64,000 bases of DNA from Candidatus Brockarchaeota archaeon (GTDB lineage Archaea > Thermoproteota > EX4484-205 > JAAOZP01): positions 1,121 through 65,120 of the forward strand of contig JAFNIX010000011.1 of assembly GCA_017601225.1 (NCBI GenBank), written 5' to 3'. The notes beneath the pieces are model-generated. The model ran no database searches, was not told the DNA's origin, and was given only the letters and a program-made list of their open reading frames with translations. The position numbers and the translations under genes were made by a program. Shown here piece after piece: positions 54,903-63,604 of this stretch. Positions within the stretch are counted from its first letter, which is position 1, and each line of letters starts with the position of its first letter.

Positions 54903-57900
54903 TTAACCACCAACCATCCCCTTAACCTCATCTAAGCTCTTAAGCTCCCCTTTAATATAGATTTCCAGCGGCACGTAGAGTTGCTCATGCAACCCTATGG
55001 CATGCTTCACATAGTATTTTGCTCCTTCTCCAGTAATATCGTTTCCGATAAAAAGCCTTATCGTAATCTTCTTGTCACCCAATATTTGCATCTTTGCATA
55101 AGTAAAGTAGTCTGTTATTTGACCCGGATCCGTTTCAGTTTCATATCCATGTTTACACTCCACAAGAGTTATAGTTCCATCCCGACCCTCCGTCGTTATG
55201 TCAATAATTCTATACCTTGTTTCGGATAATTCAAGTTTCTTCTCTATCGCAACTATACTCTCACCTATGCTCTTGAAGAGGGTTATCGCATTGATCTCAA
55301 GCAGGGTGTGCTCTGGGTTCTTGTTAAGCTGGTCAAGTATTCCTCTCTTAATGCTTCCATCCATACTTATGAACACGGGTTTTGTCTTCTCATCCTCCAC
55401 GTATTCTCCCACGAGGAGATTCTTCAGCGTATCCGGCTTATCGGATCGGCCGTAGTAGTTCTCTAGCTCATGGACTAGTTTGAGCAGTTTCAGGTCTCTG
55501 AAGGTGTCCTCTTTATCCCTGTAGATCGCTAGCTCAGCGTGTAACTTCCCATCCTCACCTATATTCAGGCGTAAGCCTAAAACATGATCGTCGGGTAGAG
55601 TCATCTTCAAGTATTTCCTAGGGCCCATAGTGTCGACGTAAGGCTCTTCAACAGGTATTCTTACCTCCTCGTATCCAACCTTGGCTGCAAGCTCGTAGCC
55701 ATCACCAGTGGTGGATGTTAGCCTAACCGTTTTACCTACAAGGTCAACCCCGTCAATACCATCAATCCTGACCACGTAAAGCCCTATTATCCCGTCCTCC
55801 TTCACCGGATGATGCTTGAAGCTGAACTCCAGCTCCTGGCTCCAAACGCTGTGAATAGTATTGTCCTCGCCAACGTAGACAAGTGCTAATGCAGCCTTCT
55901 TGCTTCTAAGCATGTTTCTAAGATTCTCCAACCCGTTTCTGCCAAGCACTTTCTCAAAGTCCTCGCCGAGGGTGATTTTCGTCTGGCCTGCTGCAACCCC
56001 CCTAAGCCTATCCCTGTCGCGGAGGAAGAACGTGCCAGTGTCGGGAATGCTTCTCTCCATAACCAGGTGCATGGGGCTCGCCTTCTCCCCGTAAGTTATC
56101 TCGAGAAGCTTCGCCAGCACCTTTCCAGCCCCATCGTCGAAAACCTTGAAGCCTATGCCTACAACCCTCTGCTTGAAAACCGTCTCGCCCTTAGCTGCCT
56201 GCCCCAAGTAGAGCTCCCCGCTTATTGAAAGCCTAAACTGCTGCGTGTCCCTATCGACATCATCATACTTGAACTCCAAGTAGACTGAGCCCGAGGCAGC
56301 CTTAACATTCGCATCCAGCTCAGCCACAGGCTCACCGCTGCTTGTGACCAGCAACATCCTGTCTCCACCTCCCAGCCTGACGAACTTTGGCGGCGCCTCA
56401 ACATCCTGTAAGAAGTCCTTCACACCATACGGTGTGAAGACAGCCAGATAATCCCTATTCGTATCGAACTCCGCCTCTCTGAACCTAAGAGTTCTCTTCT
56501 CCTCAATAACGCCTCGCTCATTCTCCTCAACCGTCCCCCTGACGCCCTCAGCTGCATCCTCCCCTGTCTCCGGGTCTATCACCGTGACCCGGTAGACCCC
56601 TGGCTCAACCCCCTTCTCCTCAATGATCAGGCTGTCACGGGAGTCTGGCTCCAGGAAAACCGTCTTCAGTCTCCTCGTGAACACGTTGAGCCAAGTGTCA
56701 AGTCTCTCAGGATGCTTAACGACATTCTCGAGGAAAACCTTGGCGACCCGTTTCCCGTAATGATCCCCGGCTGAGAAATACGCGTCGAAGAGCTTAAGCC
56801 CGTTCTCGAAGCCTCCCCCAACCTTGGTTAACGCCTTCCCAATACTGTTGAGCTCCTCGTCGCCAAGCCCCATGGATTTCTGCAACGCGTAGAGGGCTTC
56901 ACCTAACCCCTTCTTTTCCAGGCTTCCAAGCCAGTCCATCAACAGTTTCCCAGGCTCGCCACCCTTCTTCCATGCCTCCAGCTTGCTTACCCTCTTCCAT
57001 GCTTCGACAATAGTCTTCGCGGTGTCCTCTCTGCCAACGTATTCCTCCCCCATCCTGCCAAGTATGCTCAGAATCCTCGTTGCAATGCTTTCAGGAACAC
57101 CTTTATCCGATGTGACTCTGTCGACGATGTTTGAGGCTCTTTTCGCAATTTCCTCTGGCTCCCCACCGTCGGGGAGTGTTTTCAAAGCCTTTTCAACGTT
57201 TTCCCCGAAGTCTTTGCTAACTTGGCCTGCGAAGATTAGCCTCAAAACATCCGGTAGGGTGAGTTTGCCCTTCAACCATGCTCCGAATTTCATCCCTGTT
57301 TCAGCAAGGTCCCATATTGCTGGGGTTACCCAAGCGTAGAGGCCCTGTGCAAACCTTTTCAAAACTGAGGATGCTGAGATTCGCCCAGATTGCCCAGCCA
57401 TCGTTAGCATATCCCTTGCCGTTGAGAACTCGTGGTAGATGGTTGCGAACGTCGCCGCGTAGGTTACTGCCTCAATCATAGCGCCCACGATTTTACCTGT
57501 TGCGTAGCCCTGCTCGTACTCGCCCGCGTTTTTCCATCCTAGTGCTGTCTTGACTTCTTCGAGCTTAACGTCCATTACGAGCCTTAAGCCTAGGTCGCTA
57601 GCTACCTCTCCCGCCTTGCTGAGGAATGTTTGAGAAAGGTTGTCGCAAATGGCTGCGAAGCCGTGTTTGCCTTGTAACCTGTAGCCGGTGGCCATTCCAC
57701 TGTATATTAGCCCCATGGCTGTGAGGTTTCTTAACGCGGTGGTCGCGTTGAATATCTCTCCCCTCTGGTTGTAGACTTGGTATGCTTTAAGAAACGTGAG
57801 GGCAACCGCTATCACGGGCATGAGCTCCCTCGGAACCATCGCGACCGTGCCAAGCATCATCATGTTCACCATTATCCTATCGCTCCTATTGATGAGGCCT

Positions 57901-60365
57901 AGGATGAAGCCCCGCCACCATTGCAGTGAAAGAGGAAATGGTGGGCTTAGAACCCTAGGTAGGAAGAGCTCAGCTACAAGCCTATCACCCTTACGAAGCC
58001 TTATCCAGAAGGTTGTGTTCGAGAAGAGGAGTATGCTTAACTCTTTGCAGCATGCTTTCTCAGCTTTCAGTATTGTGCTCTCAGATTTTCCAGGTGGAAG
58101 GGTGACTGGCTCAACGGTAAACGTGTAATCTATGTCTTGCGTCGCATAGTTTCTCAGCCAGATGCCCCTTATTAATGAGCTTTCCAGAGGAGTCTCTTGA
58201 AGCGGGTGGTAGAGCAGGATAATCCTGTTAGCATAGAGCTCTCTTTCAAGAGGAGTTAGCTCGAGTATCGCATCTGAGGAGGGCCACTCCTCTTTGTTGC
58301 CGTCCTCATACCAGTAGCATCCTTCTCGTATTCTTCCGAAGTCCTCCTGCTGAAGCCTCCTGTAGGCTGATGTGTCAACCCAGAGCGGTTTCCTAACCAC
58401 CCTCTTTGAAGCAAGGGTAACCTTGTATCCCTCTGGGGCAACTATTTCCCCGCAGCCCGTGACGTTGAGAATACTCTTAGCCTCATTCTCCCTTACCAAC
58501 TTCTCTTCGAAAGCTGGCATGACACTCTTCACCACGTATTTCACTGGGACTGTTGTCTGCAGCCCTTGGACAGGGATAAGGGGGCCTACGAGGACATCAC
58601 CATAGATGTTTAACGTAACTTCTTTAGGGATGACTCTGAGTTCGAAGCCCTCGTCTGCGATAGGCAGGAACGAGGTGTAGACCTTGACGCCTTCAGCCTC
58701 AAGGATGAGGCCTTGGAAGCTTATGGTGAAGCTTCCCGGTATTTCGAAAGCTGAGTAGGGATGGTAGATTTTAACGTGGGTGTAGCCCTCGTAGCCTGGG
58801 ACGAAGACCCTCCTCTTCTCAAAATGCTCTGGAACCCTTAAAGTGTACTCTTCGAAGTGCTCTGGCACGACGTAGGCTGGTGAAACAACCGTTGTAAAGC
58901 CCTCTGAAACATACTTGTTCCCGGAGGAGTCGAAGAATATTGCCCTAGCCCTTATGCTTGCAACCTCCGATCTCAGCTTAAGAGTAACCATCCTGATCCA
59001 TGTTTCACAAGCAGGTATGCTTCCAACACTGAGGCTAAGAGGCTCAACGTCGCCAGTGAACTCTAAGACTGTGTTGAGGGCTTCGCCTGCACCCTTGTTC
59101 TCAAGCCTAACCGTAATGTTAACATGCTTGAAAAACGGCTCCCCGCCTTCAAGGCTAACCTCAACCCTGGGCGACTCAGGACCGACAACATTAACAGTGT
59201 AGGTGACCTCGTCCGGCGGAGGCCAGCCTGGGAAGAAAGCATTCCCGTCAAGCTTAAGCGTTAATATGTAGGTTCCCGGTGCGATGGCTTTCAGCTTGAA
59301 GCACCCCTGGGTTTGAGTATTGTTGAGCACGCGTCGAGCATCGTCTAAAGGCTCGAAGCCATCTGGGTAGTGGAGGGTTAGGGTAGCGTTGAGAGGTTGC
59401 TCCTCAGGGTCGATATAGAGTGGCGTGGCGACGTAGCTTACCTCCAGAATATCCCCGGTTTCAACACTGCTGGATGAGAGGCTTGCCTCGACGAGCCAGC
59501 CTGATAGCCAGACAGGATCGTAGGCTGGGAAAAGTACTCTAAAATTCTCCTCGTGCTCTGGAATTAGGACGTCGATATCCTCGTAGTGACCTGGGACAGC
59601 AACTAGGAAAGATGGCGTTGATCTTGAGAAGTCTATCATTGTCCCGGGTGGTATCGTGGTCAGGTTCGCATACTCCGGGAAATATTTGAGCAGGAAGGAT
59701 GGGAAGGATGGTTGAGCAGATCCTCCAGCAATCCCGAACTCAGGGTATACTCCAAGACTCAAGCTGGATAGAACACTATGGGCCTCACCTGTTTCAAGAT
59801 CCATGTAGGTTATGTTGTAGAGGCCCTCTATCCTCCTCCTAATCTTGTACCACCTTGTTTCCGTAACGTTGTAGACGAGGTGCTGCTTGCCCCCTATCGC
59901 CCTGGAGTAGACGTGGAAGCATGCTGGGAGAGTGCGGAACAGGGGGACGTCGATAGGGATGTGGATTAAGACTGCTCCGAAACCGTTTCTCTTAACGTAA
60001 GCCTTGTCATACCTTATCTGGAAGCTCTCGTTTCCAACCCTAGCTGCATCAGGAAGCCTAACACTCTCCATGAGGCTTGAGAAAGCCGTGCGAATATCGT
60101 TGTCATCCGCGCCATGGCTTACGAAGGATGCTGCATAACGCCAAAGATTCTTAACGTCGTCCATCGAAACACCCTCAGGCATTATGAACTCTCTGTCGCT
60201 AAGAGGCCCCTCCGGAGGGATTCCCAGCTCTATCTCCCTTATGAGCGTGTCGAGCTCAACGCTAGCAGGCTGCTCCCCGGCCCCGCCTAGGTTGACTAGG
60301 ATTACAGGGTTCTCAGCGGCGAGAAGGATGAGAATAAGCAGTATACCTGTTACCCTCTTCATCAT
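54903..60365 (-). CDS. 1820-aa multidomain envelope protein: signal/anchor + beta-rich sequon-dense N-half (CARDB-like segment) + hydrophobic cluster + sequon-free C-half ending in a PD-(D/E)xK nuclease-fold domain
   Basis: N-terminus MMKRVTGILLILILLAAENP. CARDB-like VEVSLEGGEPFFKHVNITVRLENKGAGEALNTVLEF (about 58930-59175). Hydrophobic cluster IMVNMMMLGTVAMVPRELMPVIAVALTFL … GKIVGAMIEAVTYAATFATIY (about 57430-57880). C-terminus RYRIIDITTEGRDGTITLVECKHGYETETDPGQITDYFTYAK (D…ExK…QxxxY). The start ATG overlaps the upstream stop (ATGA). Confidence 0.8.
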   Translation of the reverse strand: MMKRVTGILLILILLAAENPVILVNLGGAGEQPASVELDTLIREIELGIPPEGPLSDREFIMPEGVSMDDVKNLWRYAASFVSHGADDNDIRTAFSSLMESVRLPDAARVGNESFQIRYDKAYVKRNGFGAVLIHIPIDVPLFRTLPACFHVYSRAIGGKQHLVYNVTETRWYKIRRRIEGLYNITYMDLETGEAHSVLSSLSLGVYPEFGIAGGSAQPSFPSFLLKYFPEYANLTTIPPGTMIDFSRSTPSFLVAVPGHYEDIDVLIPEHEENFRVLFPAYDPVWLSGWLVEASLSSSSVETGDILEVSYVATPLYIDPEEQPLNATLTLHYPDGFEPLDDARRVLNNTQTQGCFKLKAIAPGTYILTLKLDGNAFFPGWPPPDEVTYTVNVVGPESPRVEVSLEGGEPFFKHVNITVRLENKGAGEALNTVLEFTGDVEPLSLSVGSIPACETWIRMVTLKLRSEVASIRARAIFFDSSGNKYVSEGFTTVVSPAYVVPEHFEEYTLRVPEHFEKRRVFVPGYEGYTHVKIYHPYSAFEIPGSFTISFQGLILEAEGVKVYTSFLPIADEGFELRVIPKEVTLNIYGDVLVGPLIPVQGLQTTVPVKYVVKSVMPAFEEKLVRENEAKSILNVTGCGEIVAPEGYKVTLASKRVVRKPLWVDTSAYRRLQQEDFGRIREGCYWYEDGNKEEWPSSDAILELTPLERELYANRIILLYHPLQETPLESSLIRGIWLRNYATQDIDYTFTVEPVTLPPGKSESTILKAEKACCKELSILLFSNTTFWIRLRKGDRLVAELFLPRVLSPPFPLSLQWWRGFILGLINRSDRIMVNMMMLGTVAMVPRELMPVIAVALTFLKAYQVYNQRGEIFNATTALRNLTAMGLIYSGMATGYRLQGKHGFAAICDNLSQTFLSKAGEVASDLGLRLVMDVKLEEVKTALGWKNAGEYEQGYATGKIVGAMIEAVTYAATFATIYHEFSTARDMLTMAGQSGRISASSVLKRFAQGLYAWVTPAIWDLAETGMKFGAWLKGKLTLPDVLRLIFAGQVSKDFGENVEKALKTLPDGGEPEEIAKRASNIVDRVTSDKGVPESIATRILSILGRMGEEYVGREDTAKTIVEAWKRVSKLEAWKKGGEPGKLLMDWLGSLEKKGLGEALYALQKSMGLGDEELNSIGKALTKVGGGFENGLKLFDAYFSAGDHYGKRVAKVFLENVVKHPERLDTWLNVFTRRLKTVFLEPDSRDSLIIEEKGVEPGVYRVTVIDPETGEDAAEGVRGTVEENERGVIEEKRTLRFREAEFDTNRDYLAVFTPYGVKDFLQDVEAPPKFVRLGGGDRMLLVTSSGEPVAELDANVKAASGSVYLEFKYDDVDRDTQQFRLSISGELYLGQAAKGETVFKQRVVGIGFKVFDDGAGKVLAKLLEITYGEKASPMHLVMERSIPDTGTFFLRDRDRLRGVAAGQTKITLGEDFEKVLGRNGLENLRNMLRSKKAALALVYVGEDNTIHSVWSQELEFSFKHHPVKEDGIIGLYVVRIDGIDGVDLVGKTVRLTSTTGDGYELAAKVGYEEVRIPVEEPYVDTMGPRKYLKMTLPDDHVLGLRLNIGEDGKLHAELAIYRDKEDTFRDLKLLKLVHELENYYGRSDKPDTLKNLLVGEYVEDEKTKPVFISMDGSIKRGILDQLNKNPEHTLLEINAITLFKSIGESIVAIEKKLELSETRYRIIDITTEGRDGTITLVECKHGYETETDPGQITDYFTYAKMQILGDKKITIRLFIGNDITGEGAKYYVKHAIGLHEQLYVPLEIYIKGELKSLDEVKGMVGG

Positions 60366-61540
60366 TTCCCTGATTCCCTTCCCTCCTGATGCTTCCTAAG
60401 CCTGCTGAGCCCGAGAGCCGCGAGGAGAGTGAAGACAAACAGGGAGGCGAGGATTATGCAGACGATTCTAAGCACGTTGTTCTCTCCCCTCAGGGCTTCA
60501 GCCTCACTCCTGACAGTTGCAAGTGTATTGTTGAGAGTATGCATTCGGCTGAGGCTGTTGAGCCATCTTTCCTCCAACACCCTATTTAACGCGTTAAGCT
60601 CAACCACGCTGGTGTTAAGCTCCACCACCTTAGAAGACAATTCTTCAACAAGGTGGGTTAGGGTCTCGTTGCTCTCCTCAAGCATTCCAACCCTATTCCT
60701 AAGCTCTGAATATGCTTTCCAGATTTCAACCTGAATGTTAAGCGTTGCGCCGAACGTCGAATCCATAGTCTTAACGTTGACAGTGAGATTCCCAGGCTCA
60801 GGCAACCTTGCAACATAAGCGTTGCCTTCGAGGATGATTGAGCAGGGGTCCCAGGTTAAACCGTGTCTCAGGATTCCCTCGACGCTGACGATGGACTGGC
60901 TTGAAGCAATGTTTAGCCTAACCTCTATGGCCTGCTCCCCAACCCTGATGGATGAGACACCTATGCTGGCGATGCTAACTGCTTGGGCACCCTCAACCCT
61001 AATCATGAAGTTCCTCGGCCTACCGCTCTTCTCATCCCATACTTTGACTATCCTGCCCTCCTCCCTGTTTACAAGCAGGCTTCTCCCGCTTATCGGAGGG
61101 TCTTCGTCAACACCTATCCAGAGCTGAGTGGCGTCGAGGGAGAAGCACGGGTATATGCAGACATAGAACTCGCCGTTAACAGTGATGTTTGGAAGAGGTA
61201 TCCTGGCCCAGCCGAAGGTGCCGTTCTTTAAAAACTGGAAGGTCGCGTACTGTTTAGTGTAGACTAGGCTGAAATATTGGTCTCTGACCTCAAGGGTGAA
61301 AAGCATGTTCCCACCCCTCTCCAACGCTAAGCCGTAGAAAACCACGCCGGTTATCCTCCAAGGCAGTGCTGGCGGGGTAAACCTGACTGCTGCGCCGCTA
61401 GGGTAGAAGTCGCTCCAAGCATAGTCGAAGCTCCCATCATCGTAAGCAAGCTCGAAGGGGGAAGCGTAAACCTTTAGAGGATTTAGGAGGAGAGTTGAGG
61501 ATAAGGCTAGGGCTAGAATAAGCCAGACATGCTTACTCAT
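60362..61540 (-). CDS. surface-anchored protein: signal peptide + beta-rich ectodomain + coiled-coil stalk + C-terminal TM anchor (SlaB-like architecture)
   Basis: Signal peptide MSKHVWLILALALSSTLLLNPLKVYA. 6 N-x-S/T sequons. Heptad-rich AYSELRNRVGMLEESNETLTHLVEELSSKVVELNTSVVELNALNRVLEERW…EAEALRGENNVL. TM RIVCIILASLFVFTLLAALGLS, then a basic tail. The ATG at 61540 is preferred over 61600 because a TATA-like element sits about 25 nt upstream of it. Confidence 0.7.
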   Translation of the reverse strand: MSKHVWLILALALSSTLLLNPLKVYASPFELAYDDGSFDYAWSDFYPSGAAVRFTPPALPWRITGVVFYGLALERGGNMLFTLEVRDQYFSLVYTKQYATFQFLKNGTFGWARIPLPNITVNGEFYVCIYPCFSLDATQLWIGVDEDPPISGRSLLVNREEGRIVKVWDEKSGRPRNFMIRVEGAQAVSIASIGVSSIRVGEQAIEVRLNIASSQSIVSVEGILRHGLTWDPCSIILEGNAYVARLPEPGNLTVNVKTMDSTFGATLNIQVEIWKAYSELRNRVGMLEESNETLTHLVEELSSKVVELNTSVVELNALNRVLEERWLNSLSRMHTLNNTLATVRSEAEALRGENNVLRIVCIILASLFVFTLLAALGLSRLRKHQEGRESGK

Positions 61541-61563
61541 AGCTGGGTTAATAAGGGTTAAGG

Positions 61564-61573
61564 TTTTAAATAA
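61564..61573 (-). promoter_or_regulatory. TATA-box-like element (TTATTTAAAA on the minus strand) 23 nt upstream of ATG 61540; candidate promoter of the three-gene operon
   Basis: The minus strand reads AAAAACTTATTTAAAACCTTAACCCTTATTAACCCAGCT-ATG. The spacing fits a leaderless transcript. Confidence 0.45.
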
Positions 61574-62101
61574 GTTTTTCGAATACACGCATATTTTCAT
61601 CCTAACAAGTATGAATTAAGACGTTTTTAAGCACCAATATTACAGAATTCTTCTCAAAGGAACTTTTATGGTGGATTTCTTGGCTTGATGATATTTTAAG
61701 TACTTCGGTTCATATAGCGTGTATTATTTTTAGAATATTTGGTTAGAAAGCTAAATTTCATCTGAAAAGCATGTTTACTATTAATGTTCTGAGAGGAAAG
61801 GTACTTACGTTATAACAGAGAAATAATTATCCAAGTGGATGTATTATTTTGGGACGAAGAGGGATTAGGAATAGTCGACTCGATACCTCTGTTATGTGGA
61901 TGTCTTGAAAAATTGTCTTAAAATATTTTGGAAATCAAGTAAAATTTAAGCGCCGGTACTACACGTGCGACTAATTGCTTAATATTTATAAACAAGAATC
62001 GCGGATACCAATATGAAAATGCCCCTGCCTAATAAGCGCGCTTATTTGCTATATCTATCTAAATTATTAAAAAGAATAAGAAAAGAAATTTTTAAATAGA
62101 A

Positions 62102-63034
62102 TTATGCTTCCTTAACTCCTTCCAATGCCTCACGCAAACCCTTGTAACGGTTGCGAACAGTAACCTCAGTCACATTCGAAGCCTCAGCAATCTGCTTCTG
62201 AGTAAAAAGCTGTAAGCCTAATCTCTGAGTTGCAAGGTACATGGCTGCGGCGACCATGCCTAATGGGTCCTTCCCGGCCGTGATCTTTTTATCCTTCGCT
62301 TCTTTTAAAATTTTCAATGTTTCTCTTTCTACTTCTGGTCCGACTTTGAGTTTGCTTGCTACTTTTTCAACGTATATTGCTGGGTCGCTCAGGGGCATTT
62401 TGCTTTCAAGTGATCTGATTAGTAGCCTGTAGCTTCTCGCAACCTCTTTTCTTTTAAGCCCTGACGCGTTTGCAACCTCTTTAAGTGTTCTCGGTATTCC
62501 GCTGTCTCTGCACGCAGCATATAGTGCTGCCGCCGCAAGGCTGTTTATCGGTCTTCCTCTCACTAGTCCTCTTTCAAGCGCGTCCCTGTATATCTGTACT
62601 GCTCTCACGTATGTTGCTTTCGGCGCTTTAAGCTGGTCCGCTATTTGGGAGATTACTTTGCTCGCAACCTGGAGGTTTCTCTCCGCCGAGTTGTACGCTC
62701 TGTTTCTCTGCTGCCATAGTCTAAGCTTCTGGGCCTCAGCCATCGCTTTCTCGGATAGGACTTTTCCGGTTGCGTCTTTGATTCCTGTTTCAAGCGTTGT
62801 TGACAACCCGTAGTCGTATATTGCTGTCGAAAGCGGGCTTCCAACCCTGTCTCTTTTCTCAGACTCCTCGTCTCCGAATTCTCTCCACTCCTTAGTCTCG
62901 TCGAGCAGTTTCTGCACGAGCACGAAGCCGCATTCTGAGCAGTAGATTTCCCCAGACCTTTTATCCTCTACTATTTTCTTCGAGCCACACTGGGGGCATG
63001 CCCATCTCTGCAGCTCGTCTGTTGGGAGGCTCAT
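62102..63034 (-). CDS. tfb: transcription initiation factor B (TFIIB homologue)
   Basis: Zn-ribbon WACPQCGSKKIVEDKRSGEIYCSECGFVL, followed by two cyclin-like repeats (…RGRPINSLAAAALYAACR… / …GKDPLGMVAAAMYLATQ…). SD GGAGGT upstream of the ATG. Confidence 0.95.
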   Translation of the reverse strand: MSLPTDELQRWACPQCGSKKIVEDKRSGEIYCSECGFVLVQKLLDETKEWREFGDEESEKRDRVGSPLSTAIYDYGLSTTLETGIKDATGKVLSEKAMAEAQKLRLWQQRNRAYNSAERNLQVASKVISQIADQLKAPKATYVRAVQIYRDALERGLVRGRPINSLAAAALYAACRDSGIPRTLKEVANASGLKRKEVARSYRLLIRSLESKMPLSDPAIYVEKVASKLKVGPEVERETLKILKEAKDKKITAGKDPLGMVAAAMYLATQRLGLQLFTQKQIAEASNVTEVTVRNRYKGLREALEGVKEA

Positions 63035-63227
63035 CTCTCAAACCTCCTGCAGAAAAGCTTAAAAGCCGGTGTCATTTTCACTCAACCCTCTCCTACTAGT
63101 ATTTAAACTTTTCGCTTACGGTTGATTTTACAACCCTTCTTTTACCCCGTCTCCGGTGCATAAAAACCTGGTTCCCCGTTGTTTCCCATGATTTAAACCG
63201 TTTGTAAACCGTTTGCGTATCATCGGA

Positions 63228-63604
63228 ATGGGCAGGGAGTTTTCATATTTCATCCGCCGGGCGTGCGATTCTGGAAAGATTGTGAGAGATTACATCGATA
63301 CGGAGGAGCTGGTTACCCCATCAATCATTCTGGCTTAAATTGCAAGGAAATATCTGCGTGAAGGCATGGGGGAAGACTTTGTTAAAAAGGCTTCGTGGCA
63401 AGCAGCATCGTGAAGGAGATTGATACCGATCTGAGCATAATAGCGGCGAAGGCTTACCTAGAGCTTGAAGGCTAAGGCAAAGAGACTTAAAAAACCAGCC
63501 TAACCGACGGAACCGTGTTAGCTGCAGGAAGAACACTTAAAGCTAAAATAGTCACTGGAGACGAGCGTTTCAAAGGATTAGATGAAGTAGTATATATAGG
63601 TTGA
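63228..63604 (+). pseudogene. decayed PIN-domain (VapC-like) gene
   Basis: Pieces in shifting frames: …GKIVRDYIDTEELVTPSIILA(TAA)IARKYLREGMGEDFVKK…, …SIVKEIDTDLSIIAAKAYLEL…, and …KTSLTDGTVLAAGRTLKAKIVTGDERFKGLDEVVYIG*. The last is a typical PIN C-terminus (…D…A.A…ga.lvT.D..F). Several stops and frameshifts. No antitoxin ORF was seen. Confidence 0.4.

Noticed and set aside
54981-61231. Many + strand ORFs of 60-118 aa across the giant gene and its upstream partner
   Set aside because: All are antisense to long, uninterrupted minus-strand ORFs with coherent domain structure. Their translations are Ser/Leu/Pro/Arg-rich in the way typical of shadow frames.
61601-62101. Possible replication origin (AT-rich with GTGGAT(G/T)T motifs at about 61668, 61838 and 61895 resembling mini-ORB cores)
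   Set aside because: The 8-mers are short enough to recur by chance in 500 bp. There are no inverted ORB pairs, no cdc6/orc1 gene nearby, and no clear DUE flanked by repeats.
63321-63536. 71-aa minus-strand track ORF
   Set aside because: It is antisense to the PIN-gene relic and has no features of its own.
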